NCBI RefSeq assembly: GCF_004010195.1
Contig: NC_057719.1
Span: 20,484,731-20,548,730 of the forward strand
Origin: Chiloscyllium plagiosum
Taxonomy: Eukaryota
DNA: 64,000 nucleotides
Direction of reading: 5' to 3'
Shown here: positions 12,590 through 26,153 of the stretch, one piece after another
Numbering within the stretch: position 1 is the stretch's first letter
How the letters are laid out: the number at the start of each line of letters is the position of its first letter
The notes under the pieces: generated by a model
Told to the model about the DNA's origin: nothing
Seen by the model: only the letters and a program-made list of their open reading frames with translations
Database searches by the model: none
Program-made: the position numbers and the translations under genes

Positions 12590-12830
12590 CACTGATGTTT
12601 TGTTGATAAACACAGCAGCCAATTTTTACATAAGTTCTTCCAAACAGCCAAGGAATAAATCTGCAAGAAATCTACTCGTGACACTACTGATTGGGAGAAG
12701 AATATTGGCCATAGCATCAGGAAAACGCCACCTTCTTTTTCAAAGAGTGCTACAAGTATTTTTTGCTGCTAGCTGCCTGGCTTAAATCATATTCTGAAGA
12801 CAATGTAATGTCACCTTACAGTTTAGAAAG
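12590..12830 (-). mobile_element. Decayed DeuSINE/SacSINE-like element
   Basis: GCAGCCAATTT..CCAAACAGC..ATATTGGCC pattern, similar to 39780-40210. Confidence 0.35.
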
Positions 12831-15329
12831 AAATATCCACCCCCCCCCCAATTTAGTATATGATTTCAACTCATAGGAAGCCTGTTCTTTCGTATCTCTG
12901 ATGGTGCTGGGTATTGCTTCAATTATGCGTGTTAAGTGGATTTAAATATGTATGTTCAATTCCAAATTGAGGCACAATTTTTTTTGAAGAAATGTCAATC
13001 TGGATTTGTCCAAGTCAGAAGTATGTTCGAGTTCTTAAAGCACTAATAATAACAGTCACACTAGATCTGCATAAATATTTACTACTTTGATCATAGTTCC
13101 TTCAAGGCAATGAAGAAGCAATTTGCATGGTCAGATTCATTTCCAAGCTTCTCTTATTCTTTAAACTTTGTCTGTAATTCAGTTGTGCCTAGAATAGTTA
13201 ACAAGATTGCTACCCATTCCTGACCGTAAAGCCAACCGTTACAACCTTTGCTGATTATAAACCAAATTGTTCTCATTCTGTACATGGCATCTTACTTCAC
13301 ATTTACATAAACAAATAATCCACCCATGCAAATTACATTTCTGCCAATGAAATCCATTATTGCTATCCCTGACTTGTTATTGTGTAATTACTTCCCAGAA
13401 AAAAAAAACATTTTAATAGCCATCTGGTGTAAACTCTGACAATAAAATAAGCTTTATTGTCCATCTATCTTACATTGTTAGATTTTCTGTAACATAAATC
13501 TAAAATTGAAAGAAAGCTGAGCTCACTCAAATTGCTGTGTTCTTCTGTTCAGCACAAAATTACCAATCAGGCAACAAGGATTGTTTGAACAGTAATGTGG
13601 GTTTTATTTGCAGGAGAGACCATATACACACTGGGAAGCGATGTGGAGCAAATCTGAGCTGACATGACTGCTGCTCTGTACTCTCTGCAGGGTACACAGG
13701 ATGAAACTGTACACACTGTTTCGTGGTGGATAGTGACAGTCAGCAGATTAGAATATATCCTCAAAGGTATACCACAAGAGAAAATCCAAGATCTATTTTT
13801 AAGAAAAATCCTGCTGCAAACAATAATATGAATTGCAGGAATATAATTTAATGAGTGATAACTGCAACGGGAACATGGTGTATGCTTGGGTAGTTAACTT
13901 TATTTTTATGATACTTGTAAAGATCAATAACTTAGTAAAAGAAAAGATATTTCATTTTCCAGTTGTCCACATGTCATGATTTCAAGTTTTAAGACTTTTA
14001 CTGGAACAAACTTGAAAAAATGTAGCTAACTGGTATATGTTTACTTTAAACTCCAGAAAAGGACTTGTGACTGAAACAGTCAAAAATCCCACATCAGTCA
14101 TATTTTACATTGCCCCTTCAGAAGGCATGTTATGCCCTTAAAACCAGGCTAAAGCTATTTCTGTTCTTAATGGCTTGTTTCCAGCAAAGTAAAATCTAAT
14201 CCCAGGTTTGACTTTAAAGTTAATACAGAAGTTTCTTTCCTTCTAGCCATACTAGCTAAACCTTCATCCCAAACCATGATTCTTTAATATTTTATTAAAT
14301 TATCTTCAGTTTAAGCTAACATAAATGTTGATCGGAAAGCATTACTAAATCAAAGGTCTCATTAGTTACTTTTAATATCTTACTCCATTTCTCTAGGAAC
14401 TAGTGTTGCAAATATTTATTCAACAGTGAAGAGTTAAAATAATGAATAAGGCAACCCATGTTAAAAATGTGAATCTGGATTTGTATTGATGGAAGCAAGT
14501 GATGCGTTGAGGCGGTCATAGCAAAAAAGATCACTATATGTTAACTGTTCTATCTGCCGGGTTTACTGATGCATTACCCAAGGACAGTGATAAAGTCAGA
14601 GTTATGTTCACATCGTAAGAGAGACAGTTACTTTATTAATACTATAACTGGCTGCAGGGTGACAAATCCTGAGAAAACCTGCTGGAATCAGATTTATAGC
14701 CATAATCAATACTTTCCAGGCTAGGTACAAGCTGCTAGGGATGAGTATAAATTTGAGTTGTCAATTTGAGTAGATTCTATCTTGAGCTGCAGACAGGAGC
14801 TACAGATTCAGATGATATGCCTTTGCTATTATTTTGAAAAAAAGACCAAACTGGGAAATGGAGATCAGAACTGAGTGAAGTGTTTAATCTTATATTGAAT
14901 TGGAAGAAGAGCTAACAATTCTAGTAGTTCATATAAGGCTTGGATACACGTTGGATTTGATGACAGTCTCATGGCTTTAGCTGCATTACTGACAAGAGAA
15001 TTTCTGCATTGATCAGCTTATTTTATTTGATTTTTCTCTTATTAAATAGAACTGGAACCTAATTTGCAGTGTTTTATGAGTTTTCTTTAATGTCTTTATT
15101 TGTAAGCATCTGTAGCTAGATCTTCACTTGCAACTTCTATCAACAGTTCTCCAAATGTGATTCATTTCTAATCTTACCCTTCCCTTTATGATGGTAATGA
15201 TTGTGAACATCAACAATAAATCACCCTGGCAGATACTTCTTCCCTTTCCCCACAAATGATTTCCAGTTTGTAGACAGTTGAGATATATTGATCTAATGAC
15301 ATGTGTGACACTCCTCTGTAGCCTTCTTA

Positions 15330-15750
15330 GAAGTACTTAGAAGTGCAATGAAAAGTAGGACTCAGTAAGCATGGCCTCATCAAGAGAGAGAGGTCATGCC
15401 TGATAAATGAAACCTTTGAAGGGGTAATGAGCATATTAGATGAAGGAGAGTCAGTGGGCCTAACTTATTTGGTTTTCTAAATAAGGCATAGGTTTAAACT
15501 GAGAGGGGTAAAAAGGACCTAAAGGATAACTTTTCACACAGAGGGTGGTGCATGTATGGAATGAGCTGCCAGAGGAAGTGACAGAGGCTGGTACAATTAC
15601 AACATTTAAAAGGTATCTATATGGGTATATGAATCGGAAGAGTTTAGAAGGATATGGGCCAAATGTTGGGAAATAGAACTAGATTTATATAGGATATCTA
15701 TTCGGCATGTTGGACTGAAGAGTCTGTTTCTACATATCTTTATGACTGTA
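15330..15750 (+). mobile_element. CR1 fragments with internal deletion, 3' UTR
   Basis: GGCATAGGTTTAAACTGAGAGGGG..GTATGGAATGAGCTGCCAGAGG matches 2560-2840. Confidence 0.85.
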
Positions 15751-16839
15751 AAATACTGCAGATGTTCATCTCATTGTTTCTCAAAGCAATGTCAATTGTC
15801 CTGGAACTCCTTCTGGTATTGTCAAGTCTTCTATAGAACACTACCAAAGCTTTTGAGTTGTCACATCTTTGGAGGTTACATTGGACAGTCTTCAAGTTCC
15901 TTAAAGTATTTTGTAACTTTTGTGATTGACTCTTAAGGCAATATATCGGCCTTTGGCTGCAGTGAGTCAGCAAGAGAATTCATCAACTTCTGGTAACCAT
16001 TTCATAAGACACTGAGCAGTATCCTCTCAGTCTCTGAATGATGGGATGGGAGATTATGAGAAATTTGAATAAAAAAAAGTAAAATGTCAAACAAGGCCTG
16101 CCTAATGTCAAGACCAACAACATTCATTTTCCAAATAGTCCAGGACGTCAAGATTAAATTCCTTCCAATATACATGAGAGGGCTATTAACGGGGAATATT
16201 GCTCATTATCAACCTCATTACTGTCACACCTCACCTTATTACTTAGCAGGATCCTAGTCTTGCATCCACTGCATAGAAACATAATGCCTGAGAATTCCTA
16301 TCATGCAAGTGTAAGAGGGTAAATGGCACATCTGGCTCACTACATGATCATCAGCACCTCCATATTGATCACTCTGGTACAAGCAACCAGGGATTCTGCA
16401 ATTTTCAGTCAGGATCAGGGGTCCAGTCAGCCATCATTTGGCCTGTCCAGCTAATTTGGTCACTATTTGGGCCACAGCCAGTCTTGGAGTGCTGTGCAGT
16501 GAATTTCAAAGGGGGTGTGAGGATTCAGGTCACATTGTTGTGCTTGGTAAGTAGGGGCTTCGATGCTGGGTATTTAAGGCAGCATCTTGGGAAGAGGACA
16601 AGCAGGATGAAAGGGGGATATTGACATATAAGGGGAGAGCTGGAGATGGATTAAAGAGGGGAGGTGTTTTGTGCAGTCACCACCACTGAAGCATAATTTT
16701 ATTGCAATTCAAAAAAAGAGACATTACTTGTCCTATTTGTCTTGCCTTGTCCATCGAGTGCTTATCATTATAGAGTGAATACATTCTGTTGTTCTCTTGT
16801 GGTAAGGTTGCCCTTTTGCTCTCAGGAATTAATTACTAG

Positions 16840-17450
16840 TCATAAAGTCATAGTCATAGAGTCATACAGCTCAGAAACAGACCTTTTGGTCCAACCAGTC
16901 CATGCCAACCGTGTTTCCAAACTAAACTAGTCCCACCCATCTGCATTTAGCCCATATTCCTCCAAACCTTTCCTATTCATAGACTTATCCAAGTGTCTTT
17001 TAAACATTGTAACTGTGCCTGCAATCATCACTTCCTCTGGCAGTTTATTCAACACATTAACCACCCTCTATGTAAAAAAGCTGCACCTCATATCCTTTAT
17101 AAATCTTTCTCCTCTCACCTCAAGAATATGCCCCTTAGTTTTTAACTCCCCCACCCTTGGGAAAAGACCTTTGTTATTCACCTTATCTATGCCCCTCATA
17201 ATTTTATAAACCTCTATAAGGTCACCCCTTAACCACCTAAGCTCCAGTGAAAAAAAGTTTCAACCTATCCAGCCTGTTTTTATTGCTCAAACTTGCCATT
17301 CCCAAGAAATCCTGGTAAATCTTTTCTAAACTGTCTCCAGCTTAATACTGTCCTTCCTTTAATTGGGTGACCACAGTACTCCAGAAGAGGTCTCACCAAT
17401 GTCCTGTACAACTCCAACATGTCATCCCAACTTTTACATTCAAAGATCTT
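16840..17450 (-). mobile_element. CR1 3' fragment
   Basis: Reverse complement of the 2250-2845 region, with (GTCATA)n tail. Confidence 0.9.
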
Positions 17451-19194
17451 CTCTTTGACTCATTCGTGATATTAAATATTTTTGGAAATATTTTTTCTCC
17501 TTCTATTTCTTGATCTTATTTTGTTTTATTCCTACATTTTAAAGCTATTCTAAATTTGTCGCATTTTAATGTTGTTTTGATTTGTTTAACTCAAAGATGT
17601 AATGGTGCTATAGTGTGATGCCCTTAAAGCTTGTTTATACTCTTACATGCTATTTTAAAAAAATTGTTTGTCTTAAAGCCTCTTCAACTCTATTATGACA
17701 ATGTTATAGTAATTCTTTCTGTGTACAAGCTTTTAATACCTGTGTTGTAGTAATGTATTGTTTTCTTCTAATACAAGTTAGATACTGTATTATAGCAATG
17801 CTGTGGAGTCTTACTTTTTTTTTTAAATGTCACTGCCGCTAAGTGTCAATATGCATTTCTGGACTGCTTGCTGGGCTTTACCCACCTTTATACATGTTCA
17901 CAATTGCGGTTTCTAAGCTTATGGAGATTTTCCCACTTTCTGCAGCCAAAACTTAAGGCTGTAGAAATAGAATGGTGTGTGTGTGTGTCTGTCTGTGTGT
18001 ACGTGTGTCCAAGACACTTCCACTCTCAGGGTTTTCCCACTTTCTGACACCATTTCTCACTCTCTCTCTCACTATCTGTCATTTTTTTACTCGCAGTCTC
18101 TCATTCTCTCTTTTTCAATTACTACACAATTAAAGAGGAAGATGTTGGGTTGGGACGAAGGACCTGGGATGGGAAGATGGAGGGTAAAGGGATCAGCAGC
18201 AGAGTCATCATCAACCATTACATGAGAGCTCATCAAAAGGAGATGAAGGATGGAAGGATGGTTAGAGAATGGGATGAGGAAGCTGCCATTAACCTTGGGA
18301 CGTCATTGAAAGGAAAGAGTCATGGCAGGAGAAAGATGTTGGTTTGAGAGATTTGTGGGAGGAGTAACAGGAAGTTAAAGGAACCATTAGCCATGATAGA
18401 ATTACTATTCTGAATGTAGGAATGAGGATCAGAGTAGGTCAGAATGCCAGATAGGTATAATCCAGGGCAGGCCATGTACGCCATTGAGGTTAAGAACGAC
18501 CTTCTCGATAGTGATAGGGTACTAAGTTCACCCTACATTACACTCCTGCTGAACAATGAAACAGTCCCTAAGCCAATGATTTGATTTGTAATCAATCAGC
18601 CCATTTTCTTCAGTAGCATAAATTGTTGTGACCATTTGAAATTTAGTATTATTGTCCTGATGAATGCAATATTTTCAACTATATTCAAGTCTTATATTGC
18701 TGAGCAACTATTTGAATAACTTTGAACCATCTTTCTTAAAGCAATTCCTAGTCAGCATATTCACTTTCTGTTTTCTAACTTCAAATCTTTTAATATTTAC
18801 CTCCTTTTCCACAAAAAAGCTGCACCACAGTTGTGTTGTATTCTGAAACACTATTGTTCTATTTGTCATCCTTTATTTGAAACATCTCACCTCCTTTTCC
18901 ACCTTATTTTCAATTGCATTTTTGAGTTGTGGCTCCAATTTCCTTTTCCAGTATCCTGATACAATTCATTAATTTTAAATCACTCATACTTTTGCCAAAA
19001 ACCATCAAATCTCAACAAATTCCATTCCTCACTCCTTGCAAAACCTCTCCAACCAATTCATAAATTCAATTATCATGCTCTGGTTTACAATTTCCAATCT
19101 CAGTCCAAGAAATACCTTAAACGTTTCTCTTGCTCAACTCGATCCTTTAGGCTGTTAACCATTTCCTTTTATTTTGTTGAATCGTGAGTCTAGT

Positions 19195-19456
19195 GTGCAG
19201 CACAGTGGCTCAGTGGTTTGCACTGCTGCCACACAGCGCCAGAGACCTGGGTTCAATTCCCGCTTCGGGCTACTGTCTGTATGGTGTTTGCACATTCTCC
19301 CTGGGTCTGAGTGGGTTTCAACCGAATGCTCTGGTTTCCTCCAAAAGATGTGCAGGTCATGCTAAATTGCCCATAGTGTTAGGAGCATTAGTCTGGGTGG
19401 GTTGCTCTTCGGAGGGTCGGTGTGGACTTGTTGGGCCAAGTGGGGAATCTAATCTA
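19195..19456 (+). mobile_element. V-SINE (HE1-like)
   Basis: Homologous to 5115-5434. Confidence 0.85.
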
Positions 19457-21519
19457 ACCTCAGACTGAGAGATGGGAAAGGTATAGACTGAGTGTAAGGC
19501 AGTGGTGGTGGCTGCGGGTTAGTGGGGAGGGTTGGTGTGATGCAGGAGGAAGGGCTTGAAATTGGGGTTTGGTACGACAGTCCTGAGTACAGACGATTGT
19601 GAGGGGATGGAGGGTTCTGAACCTAACATCCACTTGATGTCTGTCTCTCTCTGACACACACACGCACACACACAACGGATAAGATGGAGTATATTTACAA
19701 ATTACCATTAGCTCTTGGAATGCCTAATGTTTCTTGGATGGTTGCACGCTTTGAAGTTGGGCAGAGGGTCATGTCAAGTGAAGTATTTTCTGCAAGGTGA
19801 GTGGTTTCCTGTGAAATTTCTGGCAGAATGGTGGTAGGGTAAACTTGAAGTTGGAAGAGGGTAGAGGAAATTCTTTCTCTTGGAATCTCATGCTCACAAG
19901 GTATTGCTGTTAGCTTCTCTGATTCAGTACCTGCAACGAGCCACTGGCTTTGTGAAAACTGTGTGCAAACAGATCCCAGCTGATTTTAAAACAAGTCAAC
20001 AGCATGGCTCTTTCGTCAGGCAGCATGTTAAAGTGGCAAGTCTTTATCCAGATAAGAGAGTTGTGCTTACATTAATTTCTAATCCTGAGTTGTGGTTTAA
20101 AACCTTAAAGGTTTCAGACAATTGCCTGGAGAGAAGGGGATAATGAAGGGAGCCATCCAATTCCATTTTCCAGCAACTCAGTTTGAATCTCCTCTTTTGT
20201 TCATATTCAGGCGGATTCAAGATTACATAGTCCTTTTGTGCTGATCCATTTTTAAACAAAGAAATATGTGAGTTGTCTGAGTGACTGGGAATATCAATAT
20301 TGTATTTGGTATTTGTTAGGCACTTAGTATTGTCTCTTGTTCAAGTGTAAAAGCTCACATGGTTTGTATCAGCCATTTCATAGTTTATGTCCATTTTTAA
20401 AAAAATGTTCACTTGAAGTTAATTATATACTGAAGAATGGCAATTTTTTTTTCACATTTCAAAATAGTAATTACTAACACTAAGTTGACCTGCTTCACAT
20501 TTTATACTCAGAATATAAGCTGATGCAGTTGTAACGTCCCGACCTCACAGCTGGACGGCTTGGTCTCAAGTTCCACCTGCTCTAGAGATGTGGTGTAACA
20601 TGTCAGAACAGGTTGATTTAAAAAAAAATCTATAATACAGACTCAATCTAAGTGAATGATGACAAAGTTTTCATCTTTAGACTCACAACAAATATCAACG
20701 TTTGGTTGAATTCATTGCTTCAGCTTGATTCACATGGACACAAAGTTATCTCCTCAACATGTTCCCTACATTCCAATATTCTTCAGATACTTTATTTTAC
20801 ATTGTTTTCATAACTAATAATGTATGTCTCTGTAGGGGAGGGAGTCATATGGTCACCTTTTATGAACTCCTAATCCTAATTAAATTCCACTTGTGTTTTT
20901 GAGAACAGAAACAAATTGATAACTGGAAAAGAGGTATTGTAGTTGATAAATAAAACCATGTGTTCCAACACGAAACAGAATGTAATTTAACAGAAAGAAA
21001 AACTATGCTTTCTTGAAGTGCTGAAAATTGAAATGCCTTTAAACATGGTGTAGTATTGAACAGCCTTGATGCATGCAGAGGTTTGATTCCTGTGAGGTTT
21101 GGACACTTCCATACTTCATCATCTTCCTGCAGTAGGTGTTACAAGAATTGTCCTTCCTGCTAGGTACTGCTGCGCTAATTACACCTGCATAGTTTCCAAA
21201 TCAGTCATTCCTTCGGGTTGTTTTGCAATGACATCACACAGAATTAGGTATGACCAGGCCAAGAAAATTATTTTGACCGGTTGATATATCCTAAAGGCAA
21301 GTGTGTATTGTGCCTACTTTGCCCATCACTGACCCTATTAATCTGATGCCAGTAAATAACACCCCCACAATCCTGTTGTAATGTTATTTAATGCTGATGC
21401 ATGTAAGCCTACTTTTTTGATAATAGATGCAGAACTACCTTCATTAATGTTTGAATAATTAATGTCAGTTCTGTTCTGCAATTATACAATGGAACATCAA
21501 ACACAGTAATTTTAAAATA

Positions 21520-21650
21520 AAATAAAGAACTGCAGATGCTGGAAATCTGAAACAAAGACAGAAATTGCTGGTGAAACTCATCAGGTCTCATAGCATCTGT
21601 GGGAAGAAAGTAGAGTTAACGTTTCAAGTCTAGTGACTGATGAAGAGTCC
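21520..21650 (-). mobile_element. Penelope-like terminus, family B, with short fold-back inside the HHR
   Basis: Minus strand ..GTCACTAGACTTGAAACGTTAACT..TTCCAGCATCTGCAG. Plus strand CTGATGAAGAGTC at 21637-21649. Confidence 0.7.
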
Positions 21651-22220
21651 CTGGAGTGCATGCTTGTGGATGTGGTGCCAATCAAATAGGCTGCTTTGTC
21701 CTGGATGGTGTCAAGCTTTTTCAGTGTTGTTGGAGCTGCACCCATCCACACAAGCGGGGAGTATTCCATCACACTCCTGACTTCTGCCTTGTAGATGGTG
21801 GACAAGCTTTGGGGAGTCAGGAGGGGAGTTAATAGCCTCTGTTCATGTAACCATTGTGTTCATTTAATGACTGCAGTTGAGTTTCTGGTCAGTGGGAACC
21901 CCAGGAGGTTGATAGTGGGGGATTTAGTGTTGGTAACACCATTGAATGCCAAGGGGCAGTGGGTAGATTGTCACTCCATGGAAATGGCAATTTGTGTAGT
22001 GCGAATGTTACTTGCTCCTTGTCTGACCAAGTCTTGGTATTGGTCAGATCTTGTTGTTACTGAACCTAGACTGCTTTAGTATCTGAGCATTCATGCATGG
22101 TGCTGAACATTGTGCAATCACTGGTGACATCGTCACCTCTGACATTACGATAGAAGGAAGGTCATTAAGAGGCAACAGAAAAAAAGATAGTTGGGCCGGG
22201 AATACTTACCTGAGGAACTG
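21651..22220 (-). mobile_element. Second-family LINE fragment
   Basis: YKAEVRSVMEYSPLVWMGAAPTTLKKLDTIQDKAA, homologous to 60300-60450. Confidence 0.85.
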
Positions 22221-22299
22221 GCACCTGATTGGTTTGCTGATACAATAGCTACTTCCTAATTTACTATCAGTATTAACATTGCATTTTCTCACTTTTCTT

Positions 22300-24000
22300 T
22301 CTTCCTTCCCCTTTTGACAATCTATGAATCTTGCTGCTTGGTCGTTATTCCAAATAATCAATCAATAATCAAAATGGTTTGCAGCTTTTCCTGCATGTGT
22401 TGCACTTGTCGCACTTGTCCATTCATTAGACCCTTCTGGAATGTATATCACTGAACCCACATTCTGGTTTGTGGGCCTGTGAAGGTAATAACTCTGTTAT
22501 GTGAGTTGTGATCACTTACATTACCACCAAGTAGCCCTTGATCTGCCAAACCTTGTTTCACAAGACTTCTATCATAAAATAACAAAGCAATTAAGTCACA
22601 AATTGACATATTTATTTCTACTAGCTACTCAGAGTCTAAGATTTTGACATTAATTCGGTTTAATCATAAAAGATGAATGTTAATAATTTAATTTCCATGC
22701 TTGTTAAATTCTAACTTGCCATTACGAACAATTATCTCACCGAGTCTTAGCCTCCCTTCTGTTTTATAGAAAATCTCCTGCATTAACTTCTGAACCAATG
22801 ATTTCTTCTATGATATCTCACTCCTTACCAAATCTTCTCCAAGGCTTCAGCCTTAAGTAAGCCCTTGGTGTAAAATATTTAAAAGTACAGGAAAAAAAAT
22901 AAATCTATTGTAGTATTTTCAAGGGAAGGAAGGCCATTACAAAACTCAAAAGGCAGTTTGCAGTTTGGACCATCAAGTAATTGATAGAGACTTCAACCTC
23001 CAACTACCTGAAGAAATCTTTTGTATGAATGTCTCATGCCAGGGCAATTGTCAACTTGCAATCTGACTGAGCAGATTGGAAAAATTATGTGGAGTTTTTT
23101 TTCAATCAGTACATGATTCCTATCAGAAAGTACATTGCTGACGGGATTTTCTTGATTATGATGTTCACATCTTACACATCCTTCTGATCTTATCATGACA
23201 AACTTACCTTCATCATTGTTCAGAACATTGCTGGTGCTTGTAATCCCATCCATATCTTTTTTTTTCATGAGTTTGTCTCTTATTGCCCTTTATTCTTATC
23301 AAATATTATTGTAAAAAATTGAAATCTAGTTGGCATGTCTACAAACTGACGAATGATGATCCATAACCTATAGTAACTACATTGGTGATGTCACTTGGCA
23401 ATGAAATACTTATAATAGGATGGCATAACATCCTCCCAAACACTTTTCATCTCTTCACATGATCTAGAAATTTAAACATTAGCACTGATTCATGGATACT
23501 CACATTGAATGTTGTCGATTTATCATACAGTCCATTAAAGTCATGTAAATTCCATTGATGGAATGTCTGTTTTCCAGAATCTCTCAAAGTCTGACTATGC
23601 CTCATAGGCATTTGACCTTCTGTAAAGTACATCAAAGAACCCTAATAGAAGATCTAAACCTTTGTTGCAAGCCAATTGAAGTGTAATAAGCTTGGAAAAT
23701 ACTTCCCTGATAATTTGATTTGTCTTAGTAAGTGATAGCTTCAATGCCATTAAATTGTTTTTCTTTAGTATGCGGATAACCCATGTCCAATTATCCACTA
23801 TTTTGTTTTACTGGGCATTTGGAGCAAATTTCAAGAAAATTGAAATGTATTTCAAGAATATTAAGATCAGAGCCCAAAAGATTAAGTCTGCTTTCTGCTA
23901 TTTTCCACAATGTGGACTACAATTGTAGTTCTCTGTCTAATTTTTTCTTCGCTTCCCTTTTAGAGAGTCATCCACACTCCAGAACTTCAATTTGTTGAAG
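22300..24000 (-). pseudogene. Possible highly decayed Gypsy-like pol remnant
   Basis: Broken minus-strand frames: WMGLQAPAMF*TMM, then 12 aa, then *DVNIII (RT-like spacing). Confidence 0.3.
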
Positions 24001-25179
24001 GCAAGACTGAAACCAATGTTTTATAAATATTTATTTACAAAGAGTTGCACATTACTGACAATGATCTTAGACAGTCTATTGGGCTCAAGAAAACCCCCAA
24101 CTAATGCACACAATGTGCATACAATTGAACATAATTAGTATGCAATGAACAACTTGCTGGTGGCCTTGCTGCCTGTTCAGATAAGAAATTAACATTGAAC
24201 ATGATGAGATGTCATTGGTAAATCACCTGCTAATTTTACTTGTTAGCTCGATAAAGTAAGAAGTGTCCTTTAAGGCTTTCTTTTACACTAAGCAGGAAGC
24301 AAACCCCCTTGTCATGTTTTTTTTCTCAACGCTAACACTGTATATTTCATTCTCAATGCAAATACAACTCCGGCTATCTCAGCAATTTTGAAAAACAATA
24401 TATATGAAGGGAATAGGGAAAATTGTAAACCTTAGCTCTCTACGTGTAAATTGCTTTCAAATTTAAAAAAACATTAAAATGAGGGATGTCCAATTTATAG
24501 AAAGGGTGAACATTCCTTTCTCTCAGAACAGAGCTCATCTAATATTGCTTGGGACTGTTTTGCTTTGCAATGAATCTCTATGCTTGGCAAGTCCAGTGTA
24601 ACGTGTACGCTCAACATTTTAATGTTCATTGTGCCATCTGTATAAGACATTCAATGTGCATTTATAAAATGTCTCACATTACAAGTGAGTTTAAGAATAC
24701 AATCTTTTACATGTTTATGCATAAGAATGACTTGTTGCTGCTGTTTCCAGTATGTAGGTGCAATGCAATTGCGATGTTTGCTAATTTGCAATTCATCATC
24801 CAGAAGAAATTGTAGGCTTTGGAACTAAAGTTAGAATATTTTAACTATGTATTTTCTTTTAAATCAGTAAAAGTGTTCATTCTCTGTGATTTGTTTTCTT
24901 TAACCGCCATTTCCTGGTAATATATACTGCCATATTATTCTTCAGTACAATTATATGGAGTTAGCAAATAAATCTTATCTTTTTAGAATAGAAATTCAGT
25001 ATTGCATTTGAATATTATAGTATAATTCTGCCATTGTTATTAAGTATTACTGCACATTATTAACAACTTAGCACTACATAACAGATTTCACTGTATTTAG
25101 TAACAACATGCATGTAACATTAAGTAAATAAATCATAAACTTATGGAAACTTATGCTTTTTCTCATATTTATTTACAGC

Positions 25180-25835
25180 ATATGGGAGTCATTCGTTGGA
25201 CCAGCATTTTTTGCCAAGCTGATGGTGCTGATGGGCAGTCTTCTTGAATTGCTGGAGTCCATGCACCAATCTTGGGGGTGTACCCACAATTAGGAAGGAA
25301 GTTCCATGATTTTGACCCAGTGACTGTGAAGGACTGTGCTACTTGGAAGGGAATGTGCTGGTGATAGTGTTCCTAAGCATCTATTGCCTTTGTCCTTTCA
25401 AGTGATAGAGGCTGAGAGTTTGAAGGATGCAATCAGAGGAGACTTGCTGAGTTGCTCACGGTACAACTTGTAGATGGTACATATTGCCTCTATAGTATGA
25501 TGGCAGTGAAAGGAGTAAATTTTGAAGGTGGTCGATGATGTGACAGTCAAGTGACTGCATTGTCATGGATGACATTGAGGTTGGCGAGGCACTTGGAAGG
25601 CATGTGGACAATATTATATCATGATTCTGATTTGTACCTGTCGGTTATGAATAGCATTGGAGAATTAGGAGGTAAGTCAGTCATCATAGATTTCCTCGAC
25701 TCAGACCTGCTTGTGTAGCAACAGTACTTTTATGTCTGGTCCAATCCAGCTTCTGGTCAATGGTAATCCACAGGATCTCAATAGAAAGGTGTTCAAAAGT
25801 TACTGCCCCAGAATTTCAAGAGGCGTTGGTTAGAG
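25180..25835 (-). mobile_element. Decayed second-family LINE 3' part
   Basis: Reverse-complement similarity to 60150-60830. Confidence 0.65.
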
Positions 25836-26153
25836 TTTCTGCATTGTTGTCTCATTCAGAACTTACAGGCTCACCGTAGTTCTGTCTTACCTTTGTCTTT
25901 TAGTTCACAGACAGAACTAGGTAACCTAAAATGTGTATAGGCAGTGTCCATTCAAGAGGGTGGATGAACTCAATCTCACACCTGCAGCATATGCCAGCAG
26001 TTTGTATGGCACTTCAAACAGAGTACTGTGTCTGAGAGAATAAGGAGAGTAATCCTTAGTCAAGTCCAGCAGAATTATCTTCAGTCAGGGGTATCAAGTG
26101 CAGCAGTCCAGAGCAGCATCCATTATTAACTACCTGGGTGAGATTCCCCAATT

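Noticed and set aside
13600..13770. Exon-like segment after TTTTATTTGCAG
   Set aside because: Stops in all three forward frames; no recognisable product
18650..18680. CTGATGA motif as another hammerhead
   Set aside because: No stem II/GAAA follows; at best a decayed remnant
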